NCBI RefSeq assembly: GCF_040564635.1
Contig: NZ_CP159837.1
Location: 227,801-291,800 of the forward strand
Source of the DNA: Planktothricoides raciborskii GIHE-MW2
GTDB lineage: Bacteria; Cyanobacteriota; Cyanobacteriia; Cyanobacteriales; Laspinemataceae
Length of the DNA: 64,000 bases
Reading direction: 5' to 3'
Below are positions 1 through 11,463 of this stretch, one piece after another (the first letter of the stretch is position 1; each line of letters starts with the position of its first letter). The notes beneath the pieces are model-generated. The model was not told the origin of the DNA. It saw nothing but the letters and a program-made list of their open reading frames with translations, and made no database searches. Position numbers and translations under genes: made by a program.

Positions 1-3000
1 ACCGTAATTACTTGACCAATTAACCGGACAATATATTGTTCATCATCTAAGCGGTTAGGGTCATTTTCAATGCCACTCCTTTTATCAACGGTTACTTGAT
101 AGCGGTCAATAATCCAATCTAAAGCGGAACGGTTGCCCAGACGATATTCAAAGACTTTCGGGGGAATACCCGCTAAAGTGAGAAACTCGTTATAAATTAA
201 CTGGGTTTTATCTTTACTCAGCTTCATCTTTTCCACCCGCCAATTTAAGGGAACCTCATTATTTTCGATAAATTTTAGGGGATATTCCGGTTGTTGTTCA
301 TAGTTGAGATGAATTTCCCCCAGGCGTTTTCCCGCATTGGCGAAACTATCAAAGTCTGGGGCGTAGGGAATGCGAGGTAATTCCCGTTTTAGGTTATCGG
401 CGTATTTTTCCCGATAGGTGGGATGGTGTAAAAGGGCATATATATAATAGAAGATATCCCATTTACTGATAGCGGGGTTTTGGTATTCTTGACGAAAAGC
501 ATCTAAAGCCCAATCAGTGATATTTTCTTGGCGGTTGGTTCCGTCTTCATCGTAGGTATAGAAGGGGAAACATTGGGTTTTTTCTAAAATATCTAAGCAA
601 GGTATTATTGGAGTCATCAGACAATGAAAAGGCTTACTACTACCGATACCACTTAAGCAAATAACTCGATTCTCTTTCTCAGTCTCCGGGGTAGGGAATA
701 TGTAGGGAAATTTACCGCGTACATCATTTAAGTAAGCAGCAAAGTATAGAAAAGAAGAGGTAAAAGGACGATAGAGAGATTTTCTGATATAATCTGGGTC
801 ATATTCTGCGATAATCCCTTGCTTTAAATATTTTTTTAAGTCGCGAGACCAGCTAATTTTAGTATCATCATAGGTGACAAAATTATCAACTCCAATAGAT
901 TTATCTTTGCAATCCTGCCATTTTCTCACTTGTTCATTATAAGTTGCGATCGCCCGTTGAATATTGGCAGCCAATTCATCGGCATTAAAATTATAAGCCC
1001 AAACATCGCGATTAGTTGCAACTCCTAAACTAAATATCTTAAAAATAGTATCGGTTGCTTCTCCCTTTGCTGCTTTGGTTTCCTTAGTTCCCATTGGGAT
1101 AAAAGTTTCAAAATCAGCCTGCAACCCTGCGGTTAACCAGGTATTTTTTTTGTCTGGTTTAATTTCTTGCCAGTCAACCCCAGCTAAATGCTGAGATTTT
1201 TCTAAATAGGTATATTTTTCCTCTTTGCGCCAAAACTCACCCACGGCTGCATAGTAAATTTGACATTGAGATTTTTGACCTTCTTTCTTTTTAATCAACA
1301 GGTTAATACTCACCCCTACTTGAATCCCAAAAACATTATGAGTCGTTCCTGATAACTTGGGATTAGTTCGCACATTACCCCCCAAATCTAAAACATAAAT
1401 CGCGTCAAAATCTTGGGCTAAATGTTGCCGCATCCCATCAAAAGCAATATTATCAATAAAACTGTTATTGCTGACAAATGCCACAATTCCCTCATCTTTA
1501 ATTCTATCCGATGCCCAGCGAAATGCTTTCACATAAGGATCGGAAAGCTTATTTTTTAAAGTCGCTTTCGAGTCCTTAGCATAAGTCTCCGCTACCCGTC
1601 GATCAACCCCTCCCTTTTGGTCATATTTCCGGTTTTTATTATTATCATTCTCATTTTCCTGCCCTACATTATAAGGAGGATTGCCAATAACCACAAAAAT
1701 CGGCGAATTTTGCTGCCGTTTCACCCGTTGGGTATTTTCGGGAGTAAACAAATCCAATTGCAACGACTCTTGATCCGAGAAAGTATCCACCAAACAAATC
1801 CCTTCAAACGGCTGATATTGCCCCGTTGCCGTCAAATATTCATGCTCAATATTCATCGAAGCAATATAATAAGGTAACAACATCACCTCATTGCAGTGCA
1901 ACTCATGCTCATATTTATAAGATAAAGCAGTTTTTCTAATTTCCCGCATCACCCGCATCAGAAAATTACCCGTGCCCACAAACGGATCCAGAATATGCAC
2001 CACTTTGTCGCTGAGAGATTTATTAAACTCTTTTCGCAGAATCTCATCAACACTTTTCACCATAAAATCTACAATCGGCTGCGGAGTATAAACAATCCCG
2101 TGAGTATCCGCTACCTTAACCGCAAACCCTTGGAAAAACTTCTCATAAACCGTGTTTAAAAAATGCTGTTTCTCGCTATACTCGTTAATTGTCGCGGCGG
2201 CTTCTTCTAATGCCCGATAAAAATAATCTACCTCCGCTAAAAAATGGGCGCGGCTAAAAGACTTAGAGGTTAAAGCCGAAATCACCTTCTCAATTTCCAC
2301 CGCGATAATATTGCGGTTAGTAAAATCAGGGTTATTAAAAATCTGGCGAAAAATCCGTTCCGTGAGTAAATGCTGAATCAGCATCTCTTCTACTGCCGCA
2401 TCAGAAATATTAGGATTAATCGACTGACGGCAAAGATTACTAAACCCATCAAAAGCATCAATAAATTTTTTATTGGTTTTCCGTTGCCCCTCAATTAACT
2501 CAACCAGTTTTTCCCCTAAGCTGCGAACTCTGTCCCCAAATTCTGCGGCGGCTTTTTCCCAATTTTCGATCTGGGGTGGGCGATATTCAAAAAATAGCTT
2601 AAGACTTTCTACCAGGACTTCCGGTTTAGTGATATCCCCATCATAAACTTGCTGTCCCCCTTGCCAAATAATCACCCGTTCAGGAGACTGAAAAATAATG
2701 TTATCTTTGGGATAGCCTTTGGCAAATTTCTTTTGCACTTCCTTGGCTAAATCATCTTCCGTATCTTTGGCTTCCCAGACCCCATGTTTGAGGGTATCTT
2801 GCCGAACTAATAACCCATCAACTTGGATGCGCTTTTTCTCGGTTAATTTTAGGCTATTTTCCTGTAGCAATATCCAGTTAAATTGCTGACAACAAGCGGT
2901 GAGCAAATCAGCAAAAGCTACTTTTACTGCCCCTTCATTAGCTGCCCCCAACTTAGCAAAGTTTTGTAATGTTTCGTAATATAACTTTACTGGTTTGTGG

Positions 3001-3029
3001 GTAGGTTTGAGGTTGAGAATAGCCATAAG
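1..3029 (-). CDS. Type IIG/IIL-like restriction-modification enzyme, N6-adenine DNA methyltransferase core (5' part of gene; C-terminus runs off window start)
   Basis: The minus-strand ORF starts at the ATG at 3029 and stays open to position 1; the ORF track omits it because it has no stop in the window. Translation carries motif I (DPFVGTGNFL), then the catalytic NPPY (VIGNPPYNVG), which fits a gamma-class N6-adenine methyltransferase. About 330 aa lie N-terminal to the methyltransferase core and contain a D...(E-A-K) pattern (QVDGLL...VWEAKD) consistent with a PD-ExK nuclease. At least 570 aa follow, typical of a target-recognition domain. Confidence 0.8.
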
Positions 3030-3366
3030 CTTAATCCGATTTTTGTATAGGCGAAATTAGCTATATGTTACCACAGAGGTGGGGCGGAGGGGCAGAGGTG
3101 CAGAGGTGCCCGCCATCGGTGTGGGGTGCCCGCCATCGGCAGAGGTGCGGAAGGGCAGAGTCAACAATCAACAATCAACCACCAACAAACAACCACGAAC
3201 AATATATATATGTCGGCACGTTTTCCCACTTTAACATTTTCTCTATGATATAATATACTTTCGGAGTTGTCAATAGTTTTTGAGAAAAAAGTTGGCGGAA
3301 TTTTTACCACAGAGACACGGAGAAACACAGAGGACTCTGTGGTAGCAATTTAGGCGTTATTTGACC

Positions 3367-6300
3367 TTATAATTGGGTCTTAGAATTCGGCCAAGGAATT
3401 AAAGGATCTTGGGATAAGCGGTCAGAAACCCTTTGAGCACCGAGGGCATTTAAGTGACTGGGGTCGGAAAAATATTGATGCTCGTTCGGCCATTCTTGAC
3501 TAAAATCTCGGAAGATAAATCCATGTTGCAATGCCAGCCCTAACATATACTTTTGAAAGGCGCTTTCATGTTTCATGCGAATCGGATCTAAATAATCTTC
3601 GGTTAGGGGAGTGTTAACAAAAACCAGTGAGACTTGATGCTTGTTGAGAAAGTCAAGTAAGTTAATGGTTGCTGTAGTTTGTTGACCCGTAAGGCTAAAG
3701 GATTCATAGTCAGCGTCATAGTCCCCAGAAACGAAAGCATATTGCTCATAATAACTCTTCGGGTCGAACTGAATGCTGATGGGCAGGAAACCATTAAAGT
3801 GACTGATAGATTTACCGTCGGTAATTGTGATTGCATCTAAAGGATTTACGGTGCCGTCTGAGGCCGAGTCGCAAACCAAAGATGTGTCCCCAGTTTTATC
3901 GGTACTTTGGCAAGAAAGAGACTTGGTTGAATCAGCGGATTTCTGTCGATCGCTAATAGAATTGCGGAGACTATAGGCAAACCAATTGTGCAATTCTTGG
4001 CGTTGAGAATAGGTAGCAGAAAGCGAGCCGACTTGTTCATTAAGCCATCGGTCAAGTTGCTGGTAGGCATCAGAGAAAGAGATGCCTTTTTTGGCTCGTT
4101 CGGCGAGGGTGGAGGTTAAGGAAGCCAAAGAATTTCCTGATTTAGATTCTGGGGGCAAAATTGCCGGGGGTGAACCGAATTGTAATTCTTTGTAGCCTGC
4201 GGAGGCGGTAATCATTTGAAAAGTGCGATCGCTTCTACCACTATTAAAAGCGCGTGCCCCATCGGCCCAAATAATTAAACGAGGCAACTGTTTAGCCCCA
4301 AGGAGTTGACGCACGAGCAAATCCACTACTTGAGCCGTTGCACCATTCACCCCAAAATTAAAAATGCGGAGATTAGGATAGCGATCGCTAAGTTGACGAT
4401 GCATATGCCCTGGATCGACACCCCGTAGAGCGCGGGAACTGCCCACAATCAGCACATCGGGCACCCCATACTCAGCCACATACTGAGCATAAATCGCCAA
4501 TTGGTCGTCCAGTTGCTGACTATTAAACGAAGGATATTTAAACTTTTCCGCGAGTCGGGGGCTAAAAAATTCAGCATCTCCGGTCATAGCTTGAGTAAAA
4601 CCAGAAGCGTTAAACACTTCAGAGTTGTCCTCGGCCTTTGACCAATTCATATTGCCTAAATCGGAGTCACTGGCTCCGGTAAAATCCATCAACTCTTGAT
4701 TGTCGATTTGGGTTGAAGCGGGCAGCAGGGCTGAAGATTCAGAGACTGCAGTGGTTGCTTGCCACTGCGCTTGATTAGTTTTGAACTGCTGGATTTGTAG
4801 CAGTTCCGCCAATAACCAATCCGCTTGCAGGGTAAACAATAAACCCAAAAGTCCCCAAATCATGGTTACTTTTGCCGAAGTTAAGTTGGTAGTGGGGGAA
4901 GTGGTAATGGGAACAAAAAGCCCAGAGAGGAGTAACCCTTGCTGGAGAGGATTGGGAGATGCTTCTTTCTTTTTCCGAAGTTTGACGGTGAGTGGCTTAG
5001 TCAGACAAGATTGTAAATCGTCTGAGTTGAGATCGGGATGCATCACCAAATTGCCCGGTTGGGGCAACAAGTCGGCAGTCGTCACCAAAGATGCGGGTTC
5101 GGTAACGGTAAATTCTGGGATGGTTTCCGTGCGAGACGAGCGGGACTGAAAATCCAGGCCATAGCGCCATTGCCCCTGGGCTTTTTGAAGCTGTTTTTGT
5201 CCCGCTCGCCTGCCGTAGACGCGCACTCCCAGGGTTTGCGGCAGATTCAGAGTAGCGACAAACTTGGCAACTTTCGCTCCGATCGCTCGCGGGGGGCAGG
5301 TGGGGGCTTCCACCAGAATATGCAGCAGGTCTGCTTTTTGACGGAGGGAAACCCGTATTCCCCCGGTATTGAGTTTTTCTTCCAAATCCGGGTGGAGTAG
5401 GCGATCGATCAAAAAAGTCAGGGCGGACAAATCTCCATTCTGGGCTAACTCCATCGTCGTGGGGGCAAGATGGCTAAACCGAGAAGCGGGCAAATCGATC
5501 CAATCTACCCACAGGGGGGTAGCATCCATATCCAGGGAACTGGTAGATTTATCACCTCTGAGACCATAGATAGTGACGCCATAGATATTCTGGGGGGCAA
5601 TAGTTTCTAGGAGGGGAGCGATCGCTGCCTTAACTGCTTCCTTGTGAAAAGTCGTCGAATCCGTCCCATAAGCCGCTGAATCGATGGCAAAACCTGGGTC
5701 GCTCAAAAAGATATGTAGGGTCGATTCTTTCAGCACCCCAGAAATCTGTAAATCTTCAGCAAAACTACCCGGTAAAGCTTCCCGTAACCGTTGATGCAAC
5801 AGTTGGGTAATTGCTTCCACATCTCCCCACCTGGCCCAATCTTTGAGCATCAGTTTTGCGGGGGTCAAATCGACCCGGAGAATCCATTCCGGCTGTTTTT
5901 CTCCGCTCACCTGACCGAGAATCACCGCATCTTTAAAGCCCTGTAAATCCAATTCTCGTAAGCGGGCGCCGAGGGAAGGGGCAATAGACAAGGGTTCTGG
6001 ACTATAAGCAGACTGGCAAACCACCCAAAGACGCTTTTGGGGTTGAGAGTTGACCGCCTCCACCTTAGTATGCAGATAAACAGCCGACCAAGGATTAGGG
6101 GCAGCCGATGCAGGATTTGGCTCGGCTGCCTCTGTCCCTGCCGAGGGTGATGGGGAAGCGAGTGATGATTCCAGGGTTTGAACTTTCACAATCACCTTAA
6201 CCCCTAAACCCCAAGACTTCAGGGCGTGACTCAGGTAATCGGCGATCGCCTTGGGATTTCCTTCGCGGGCAGCGTGCCAATCCTCGGACGGAGGGGGCAA

Positions 6301-6696
6301 AACTGGAGAAATTTTTTGCCTAGTTGGTCGCTGAGTGGTTTCCAAATCTGGAGGAGGTGCGACCCTCTCAGGGTCTTGAGGATTGAGTCGGACAGTCCAA
6401 TTGGGGCGCTTTTGGCCGAAACTCCGACCGTGAACACAAATCACCAACACAGGTGGAGAACCTGAAGGCAAAAAATTCTGGAGATTGATTTGCTTAAGAC
6501 CAAGAGTTAACTGGTCAACCACAATCGACACTTCTGGACAAGCTTCCCCTTCGCAGAGAATATCCAACAGATTCTGGCGTTGCCAGCATTGCACCTGAAC
6601 GCCGGGAAGATTGACACAGCGAGTAGCCCAGTCATTGAGAGATAAATGACTGGTGGCGGTTTTCGGTGATTGGGTTAAATGCGGGGAGGGTGACAT
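3367..6696 (-). CDS. Large (1109 aa) hypothetical protein with a central TM helix and a C-terminal SGNH/DltD-like (DUF1574-like) hydrolase domain
   Basis: This is a long uninterrupted ORF. The C-terminal ~450 aa carry GSSRALRGVD (Ser nucleophile block) and a terminal DPSHLN (Asp-His), as in SGNH/DltD-family esterases. A hydrophobic helix (MIWGLLGLLFTLQADWLLAELL) lies mid-protein. The N-terminal half is unrecognised. Confidence 0.5.
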   Translation of the reverse strand: MSPSPHLTQSPKTATSHLSLNDWATRCVNLPGVQVQCWQRQNLLDILCEGEACPEVSIVVDQLTLGLKQINLQNFLPSGSPPVLVICVHGRSFGQKRPNWTVRLNPQDPERVAPPPDLETTQRPTRQKISPVLPPPSEDWHAAREGNPKAIADYLSHALKSWGLGVKVIVKVQTLESSLASPSPSAGTEAAEPNPASAAPNPWSAVYLHTKVEAVNSQPQKRLWVVCQSAYSPEPLSIAPSLGARLRELDLQGFKDAVILGQVSGEKQPEWILRVDLTPAKLMLKDWARWGDVEAITQLLHQRLREALPGSFAEDLQISGVLKESTLHIFLSDPGFAIDSAAYGTDSTTFHKEAVKAAIAPLLETIAPQNIYGVTIYGLRGDKSTSSLDMDATPLWVDWIDLPASRFSHLAPTTMELAQNGDLSALTFLIDRLLHPDLEEKLNTGGIRVSLRQKADLLHILVEAPTCPPRAIGAKVAKFVATLNLPQTLGVRVYGRRAGQKQLQKAQGQWRYGLDFQSRSSRTETIPEFTVTEPASLVTTADLLPQPGNLVMHPDLNSDDLQSCLTKPLTVKLRKKKEASPNPLQQGLLLSGLFVPITTSPTTNLTSAKVTMIWGLLGLLFTLQADWLLAELLQIQQFKTNQAQWQATTAVSESSALLPASTQIDNQELMDFTGASDSDLGNMNWSKAEDNSEVFNASGFTQAMTGDAEFFSPRLAEKFKYPSFNSQQLDDQLAIYAQYVAEYGVPDVLIVGSSRALRGVDPGHMHRQLSDRYPNLRIFNFGVNGATAQVVDLLVRQLLGAKQLPRLIIWADGARAFNSGRSDRTFQMITASAGYKELQFGSPPAILPPESKSGNSLASLTSTLAERAKKGISFSDAYQQLDRWLNEQVGSLSATYSQRQELHNWFAYSLRNSISDRQKSADSTKSLSCQSTDKTGDTSLVCDSASDGTVNPLDAITITDGKSISHFNGFLPISIQFDPKSYYEQYAFVSGDYDADYESFSLTGQQTTATINLLDFLNKHQVSLVFVNTPLTEDYLDPIRMKHESAFQKYMLGLALQHGFIFRDFSQEWPNEHQYFSDPSHLNALGAQRVSDRLSQDPLIPWPNSKTQL

Positions 6697-6796
6697 AACT
6701 GCTTATCCAATGAGTGCCTTCAGAGATACCATAATAACCACGAAATTTTGGCATAGTTGTATGCTGAAACTATCCCCAAAATTTCAGGAGGAATCA

Positions 6797-7048
6797 ATGC
6801 CTAAGTTTCAGCCTGATTCTCAACCAGAGATGACTGCTAATGCAGCGGAAATGTTTAAGCAACTCAACATTGCTTCAGAGTCCCTGATTGCCTGTATAAC
6901 CGTACCCATGTTACTGGGACTGGTTGGCGGAAAAGCGATCGCTGATGGCTTACAAAGCCTCGGTCAAGCCAGTGAAGAAATCTTTCGAGGCGATCGCCTC
7001 CCAGTTCTCCACTTTCCGGTGGCAGCGGACGCGAATCCTGAACAATAG
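6797..7048 (+). CDS. Small hypothetical protein (83 aa)
   Basis: An internal ATG preceded by AGGAGG sits within listed ORF 6653..7048. The longer ORF overlaps the upstream gene, so the short form is more plausible. I recognise no family. Confidence 0.3.
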   Translation: MPKFQPDSQPEMTANAAEMFKQLNIASESLIACITVPMLLGLVGGKAIADGLQSLGQASEEIFRGDRLPVLHFPVAADANPEQ

Positions 7049-7300
7049 TCAGAGAACATTAATTCCAGCTTAACCGAGGGAGAATAGATAATTGACCTTG
7101 CCTTCTGGGAGATTTCGACCCAGCCGAAGCATCTCCCAGGGGCAACAGCCGACGGCGCGGATATCGACTTTGTGATTTGTGATAGTAAACAATTATAAAG
7201 CCGCACAATTATATCAGTTATAAACGATTTACCCAGAGTAAGTGGTGGGTTGTGTTGAATTGCTCGTAAAATTATGGCGTAAGCTCCATCAACCCGGTCT

Positions 7301-10300
7301 ATGATTACCCAAACATCAGACACCCAAGTCAACGTAGGGGCGCTTGGCGAAGCGCCCACGGAAATTCTGCTGCGGCATCGCCTCAAAATTGTAGAAGATA
7401 TTTGGGAATTTGTTCTTTCTCAGGAGTGCGGTGCAGAATTTGTGGAGCAACTGAATCAAATGCGTTCGATGTGTTCTCCCGCGAGACAAGCGACCCAATT
7501 TTCAGCGTTTCCGATTCTCAAAATCGTGGAACAAATGGAAATTGAGCAAGCGATTCGTTTTTCTCGGGCTTTTGCTCTGTACTTTCAGATCATTAACATC
7601 GTTGAACAGCACTACGATCAGCGCTCTCAACTGGCTTACCGGACTTCAGGCGATCGCAATTTTCCCAATAGTCTGCAACGGGCTAAACCAACGAGTTCCC
7701 GCTTTAGTCAATCAGCCCCGCATCTCAATGGAGAGACTCAGGTAGCCAACAAAAAGCTCAAATCATCTGAAACCACACCCCGTGTGGTGCCGGTGGAGAA
7801 CGACTTATCTCAGGGAGATACACCGAAAACCTCTCCAGAGTTGCCAGAAAAGCTGACAATTTCCCATCAGTGCTTATCGGAGCTGAGCATTTTTGCCACC
7901 AACCCAGTCCAACGGCGAGATTTAGGCACCTTTAACCAACTCTTTAGCAATTTATTGCGTTTGAATGTGCCGCCGCAGCAAATCCAGAAATTGCTAGATG
8001 AACTAGATGTCCGGTTGGTGTTTACGGCTCACCCCACGGAAATCGTGCGCCATACCTTGCGGACAAAGCAACGGCGCATTGCCAAACTGCTGCAAAAGCT
8101 AGACCGACTGGCGGATGCCCAAATGTTGCTAGACTTTGAGGATTCGGAGGACGAAGACACGCTTCTGGATCAGCTAACGGAAGAAATCCGTCTCTGGTGG
8201 CGGACTGACGAGTTGCATCAGTTCAAACCCACAGTGATGGATGAAGTGGACTATACGTTGCACTACTTTGAGGAAGTCCTGTTTGACGTATTGCCCTTAC
8301 TGCATGAACGACTCAAACGTTCCTTGCAAAGTTGTTTCCCTTACCTCAAACCGCCGCAGTATAATTTCTGTAAATTTGGCTCCTGGGTGGGGGCAGATCG
8401 CGATGGCAACCCATTTTGTACCCCAGATGTCACCTGGAAAACCGCTTGCTACCAACGGCGCCTAGTCCTGGATAAATACATTGAATCCATTGAGCAGTTA
8501 GTAGAAATTCTGAGTGTCTCCCTCCACTGGAGTGAAGTTTCCCAGGAACTTTTAGACTCCTTAGAACAAGACCGACTGAACTTTCCAGACATTTATGAGG
8601 AATCAGCGATTCGCTATCGCCAAGAACCCTATCGGCTGAAACTGACTTATATTCTGCGGCGGCTGAAAAATACCCGCGATCGCAACTCCCGTTTATATGA
8701 ACAAAACATCTTGGATTTGCGATCCTTCAAGGAAAAAATCAACCTCCCCATGTACCATTCTGGGGCAGAATTTCTGGCCGAACTCAATTTAATCAAACGC
8801 AACCTAGACACCACAGGTCTAACCTGTCGGGGGATCGAAACCCTAATTGCTCAAGTAGAAATTTATGGCTTCCACCTCGCGGCTTTAGATATCCGGCAAG
8901 AATCAACCCGTCACTCGGAGAGCATGAATGAAATTCTCGAATACTTGCAAATCTTGCCGCAATCTTACAACGAGATGCCCGAAGAACAGCGGATTTCTTG
9001 GCTGATTCGCGAACTGCAAACTCGCCGACCATTGATTCCTGACTCCCTGCCCTTTTCTGAATCAACCAGCGAAATTATTGAAACATTTCGCATTGTCCGC
9101 AAGTTGCAACAGGAATTTGGCCAAGAAATTTGCCAGACCTATATTATCAGCATGACCAAATCTGTCAGCAACTTACTGGAAGTCTTGCTGCTGGCTAAAG
9201 AAGCCGGGTTATACGATCCCGCCACGGGCATTAGCACCCTCCATGTCATCCCCTTATTTGAAACCGTAGAAGACCTAAAAAATGCCCCAGGAGTGATGAA
9301 ACAGTTGTTTGATTTGCCCCTGTATCGGGCAATACTCAGCGGGGGTTATCGGGGCTTATCCGGGGAGCAGCGATCGGGGTCTGAGTCAATCCCTGGGTCG
9401 GTTGGTAAAAATTCCCATCAGACCGGGACATCCGAATCATTGCAAGAAATTATGTTAGGCTACTCCGACAGTAACAAAGATTCGGGTTTTCTTAGCAGTA
9501 ATTGGGAGATTCATAAAGCTCAAAAACAACTGCAAAAAGTAGCCGAACCTTATAACATTGTCTTACGCATTTTTCACGGACGGGGCGGCTCCGTGGGACG
9601 CGGTGGCGGGCCTGCTTATGAGGCAATTTTAGCTCAACCAAATCGCACGGTGAATGGCCGGATTAAAATTACGGAACAAGGGGAAGTTTTAGGCAGTAAA
9701 TATACATTGCCAGAGTTAGCGCTTTATAACTTAGAAAGCATTTCAACCGCAGTAATTCAAGCCAGTTTATTAGGGTCTGGCTTTGATGATATTGAACCGT
9801 GGAATGACATTGTAGAAGAGTTATCGGCGCGATCGCGGGCTTGTTACCGGGCGTTGATTTATGAACAACCTGACTTTGTGGATTTCTTCATGGAAGTCAC
9901 CCCAATTCAAGAAATCAGTCAACTGCAAATTTCTTCTCGTCCGGCTCGTCGTCGTACTGGCAAAAAAGACCTCAGCACCTTGCGAGCAATTCCCTGGGTA
10001 TTTAGCTGGACGCAAACTCGTTTTCTGGTGCCTGCCTGGTATGGAGTCGGCACCGCTTTAAACGAATTTTTACAACAGGAACCCGTAGAACACCTGAAAC
10101 TCCTCCGCTATTTTTACCTAAAATGGCCATTCTTTAAAATGGTGATTAGTAAGGTAGAAATGACCCTCTCTAAAGTAGACCTAGAAATTAGCCATCACTA
10201 CGTTAACGAACTCTCAACCCCAGAAAAACGTGAGGCATTTCAACAACTATTTGCCCAAATTAGCAATGAATACAACCTCACCCGTGATTTAGTCCTGAAA

Positions 10301-10540
10301 GTGACTGGCCATGAACGCTTATTAGATGGCGATCGCGCCCTCCAGCGTTCAGTCCAGCTACGCAACCAAACCATTGTCCCCTTGAGTTTATTGCAAGTTT
10401 CTTTGCTCAAACGACTCCGGGAACACAATACCCTAATGCCTTCAGGAGTCATCCACTCTCGCTATAATAAAAATGAATTATTGCGTGGTGCATTACTCAC
10501 GATTAATGGCATTGCCGCTGGCATGAGAAACACCGGCTGA
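7301..10540 (+). CDS. ppc: Phosphoenolpyruvate carboxylase
   Basis: Diagnostic PEPC motifs are present: [32 protein letters not shown] and the C-terminal [10 protein letters not shown]. The 1079-aa length fits cyanobacterial PEPC with lineage-specific insertions. Confidence 0.95.
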   Translation: MITQTSDTQVNVGALGEAPTEILLRHRLKIVEDIWEFVLSQECGAEFVEQLNQMRSMCSPARQATQFSAFPILKIVEQMEIEQAIRFSRAFALYFQIINIVEQHYDQRSQLAYRTSGDRNFPNSLQRAKPTSSRFSQSAPHLNGETQVANKKLKSSETTPRVVPVENDLSQGDTPKTSPELPEKLTISHQCLSELSIFATNPVQRRDLGTFNQLFSNLLRLNVPPQQIQKLLDELDVRLVFTAHPTEIVRHTLRTKQRRIAKLLQKLDRLADAQMLLDFEDSEDEDTLLDQLTEEIRLWWRTDELHQFKPTVMDEVDYTLHYFEEVLFDVLPLLHERLKRSLQSCFPYLKPPQYNFCKFGSWVGADRDGNPFCTPDVTWKTACYQRRLVLDKYIESIEQLVEILSVSLHWSEVSQELLDSLEQDRLNFPDIYEESAIRYRQEPYRLKLTYILRRLKNTRDRNSRLYEQNILDLRSFKEKINLPMYHSGAEFLAELNLIKRNLDTTGLTCRGIETLIAQVEIYGFHLAALDIRQESTRHSESMNEILEYLQILPQSYNEMPEEQRISWLIRELQTRRPLIPDSLPFSESTSEIIETFRIVRKLQQEFGQEICQTYIISMTKSVSNLLEVLLLAKEAGLYDPATGISTLHVIPLFETVEDLKNAPGVMKQLFDLPLYRAILSGGYRGLSGEQRSGSESIPGSVGKNSHQTGTSESLQEIMLGYSDSNKDSGFLSSNWEIHKAQKQLQKVAEPYNIVLRIFHGRGGSVGRGGGPAYEAILAQPNRTVNGRIKITEQGEVLGSKYTLPELALYNLESISTAVIQASLLGSGFDDIEPWNDIVEELSARSRACYRALIYEQPDFVDFFMEVTPIQEISQLQISSRPARRRTGKKDLSTLRAIPWVFSWTQTRFLVPAWYGVGTALNEFLQQEPVEHLKLLRYFYLKWPFFKMVISKVEMTLSKVDLEISHHYVNELSTPEKREAFQQLFAQISNEYNLTRDLVLKVTGHERLLDGDRALQRSVQLRNQTIVPLSLLQVSLLKRLREHNTLMPSGVIHSRYNKNELLRGALLTINGIAAGMRNTG

Positions 10541-10726
10541 TGGTTATTGGTTATTGGTTATTCGTTTTTTGTGGCTGGTGAGCGAAGCCGAACCAGTGAT
10601 TGACCGTTGACCGTTGTAGGGGCGTTCTCGCATTCGCCCCTACCCCTCCGCCCCCCGCTCCCCTGCCCCCCCTGCCGATGGCGGGTCGGTGAGCACCGCT
10701 GCCCCCTATTCTCTGTTCCCCCCAAA

Positions 10727-11359
10727 ATGCTTGGCAAACTTTTTTCAGAAAAACGTATATTAATTTGTACCTTTGTCGCGCTGACATCAGGCTTTTTTGG
10801 CTCTTATCTAGGCGGCCAAATCAATTGGTTCGCTCGGACGGCTCAGTGTCAAAACCAGCCCGAAGGATTAAATCATCTTTGTCGGGCATGGCAAACTCCC
10901 GGAGCCCTGTGGAAAGGTACTTTAGTCGGTGCTTGGATGGGGACAATTCTCGGTGCATTTATAGCCGGTTTAGCCACCAGAGAGGTTGAAAAGCACGATG
11001 GTGACGCCGAGTTGATTCAGAAGCAGGCGATCGCCGAATCGGGCTCACTCCCGTTAGAAGGACTAACAGCGGATGAAATTGCCACCCTACGGAGGGTATG
11101 GCGATCGCTCCTGGAAGCGGAAAAAAAAATCCCCCTCAAATCCTCAGCGGGTGATGACAGAGAGCAAAAGCCCTCAGAACCCATCAACAGTCCGCTATCA
11201 TTGGCACAGTTTCTGGATTGGGCTGATGCGGTAGCAAAATCTACCCCAAATCCCCCTAAAATGAGTCGAAACCAGGGGCGAGAAATTTTAATTTATCTAG
11301 GTTTTCCCGAAAGCAGCATCGATACAGTGTGGCAAAACTTAAACCGATCAAATAAGTAG
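10727..11359 (+). CDS. Hypothetical membrane protein
   Basis: ORF 10607..11359 has its 5' part inside a GC-rich palindromic repeat; the ATG at 10727 (MLGKLF...) is more plausible. It has two predicted TM helices. Function is unknown. Confidence 0.4.
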   Translation: MLGKLFSEKRILICTFVALTSGFFGSYLGGQINWFARTAQCQNQPEGLNHLCRAWQTPGALWKGTLVGAWMGTILGAFIAGLATREVEKHDGDAELIQKQAIAESGSLPLEGLTADEIATLRRVWRSLLEAEKKIPLKSSAGDDREQKPSEPINSPLSLAQFLDWADAVAKSTPNPPKMSRNQGREILIYLGFPESSIDTVWQNLNRSNK

Positions 11360-11463
11360 TAATTGCCTGTTTTTCAAAATTTATATAAACAATTAATAGT
11401 TAACAAGTTTTAATGATTAATTATGAACAAAAAATTAACCATGACTGATAATTACTCAATAAA

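Noticed and set aside
1617-1877. A + strand 86-aa ORF inside the methyltransferase gene.
   Set aside because: It lies antisense within a long, well-supported minus-strand CDS, and its product is low-complexity (IIIILIF...).
4781-5569. Three + strand ORFs (122, 120 and 66 aa).
   Set aside because: All lie antisense within the 1109-aa minus-strand gene.
10551-10787. A Gly/Arg-rich minus-strand 78-aa ORF.
   Set aside because: It falls in the GC-rich palindromic repeat region and is a composition artifact.
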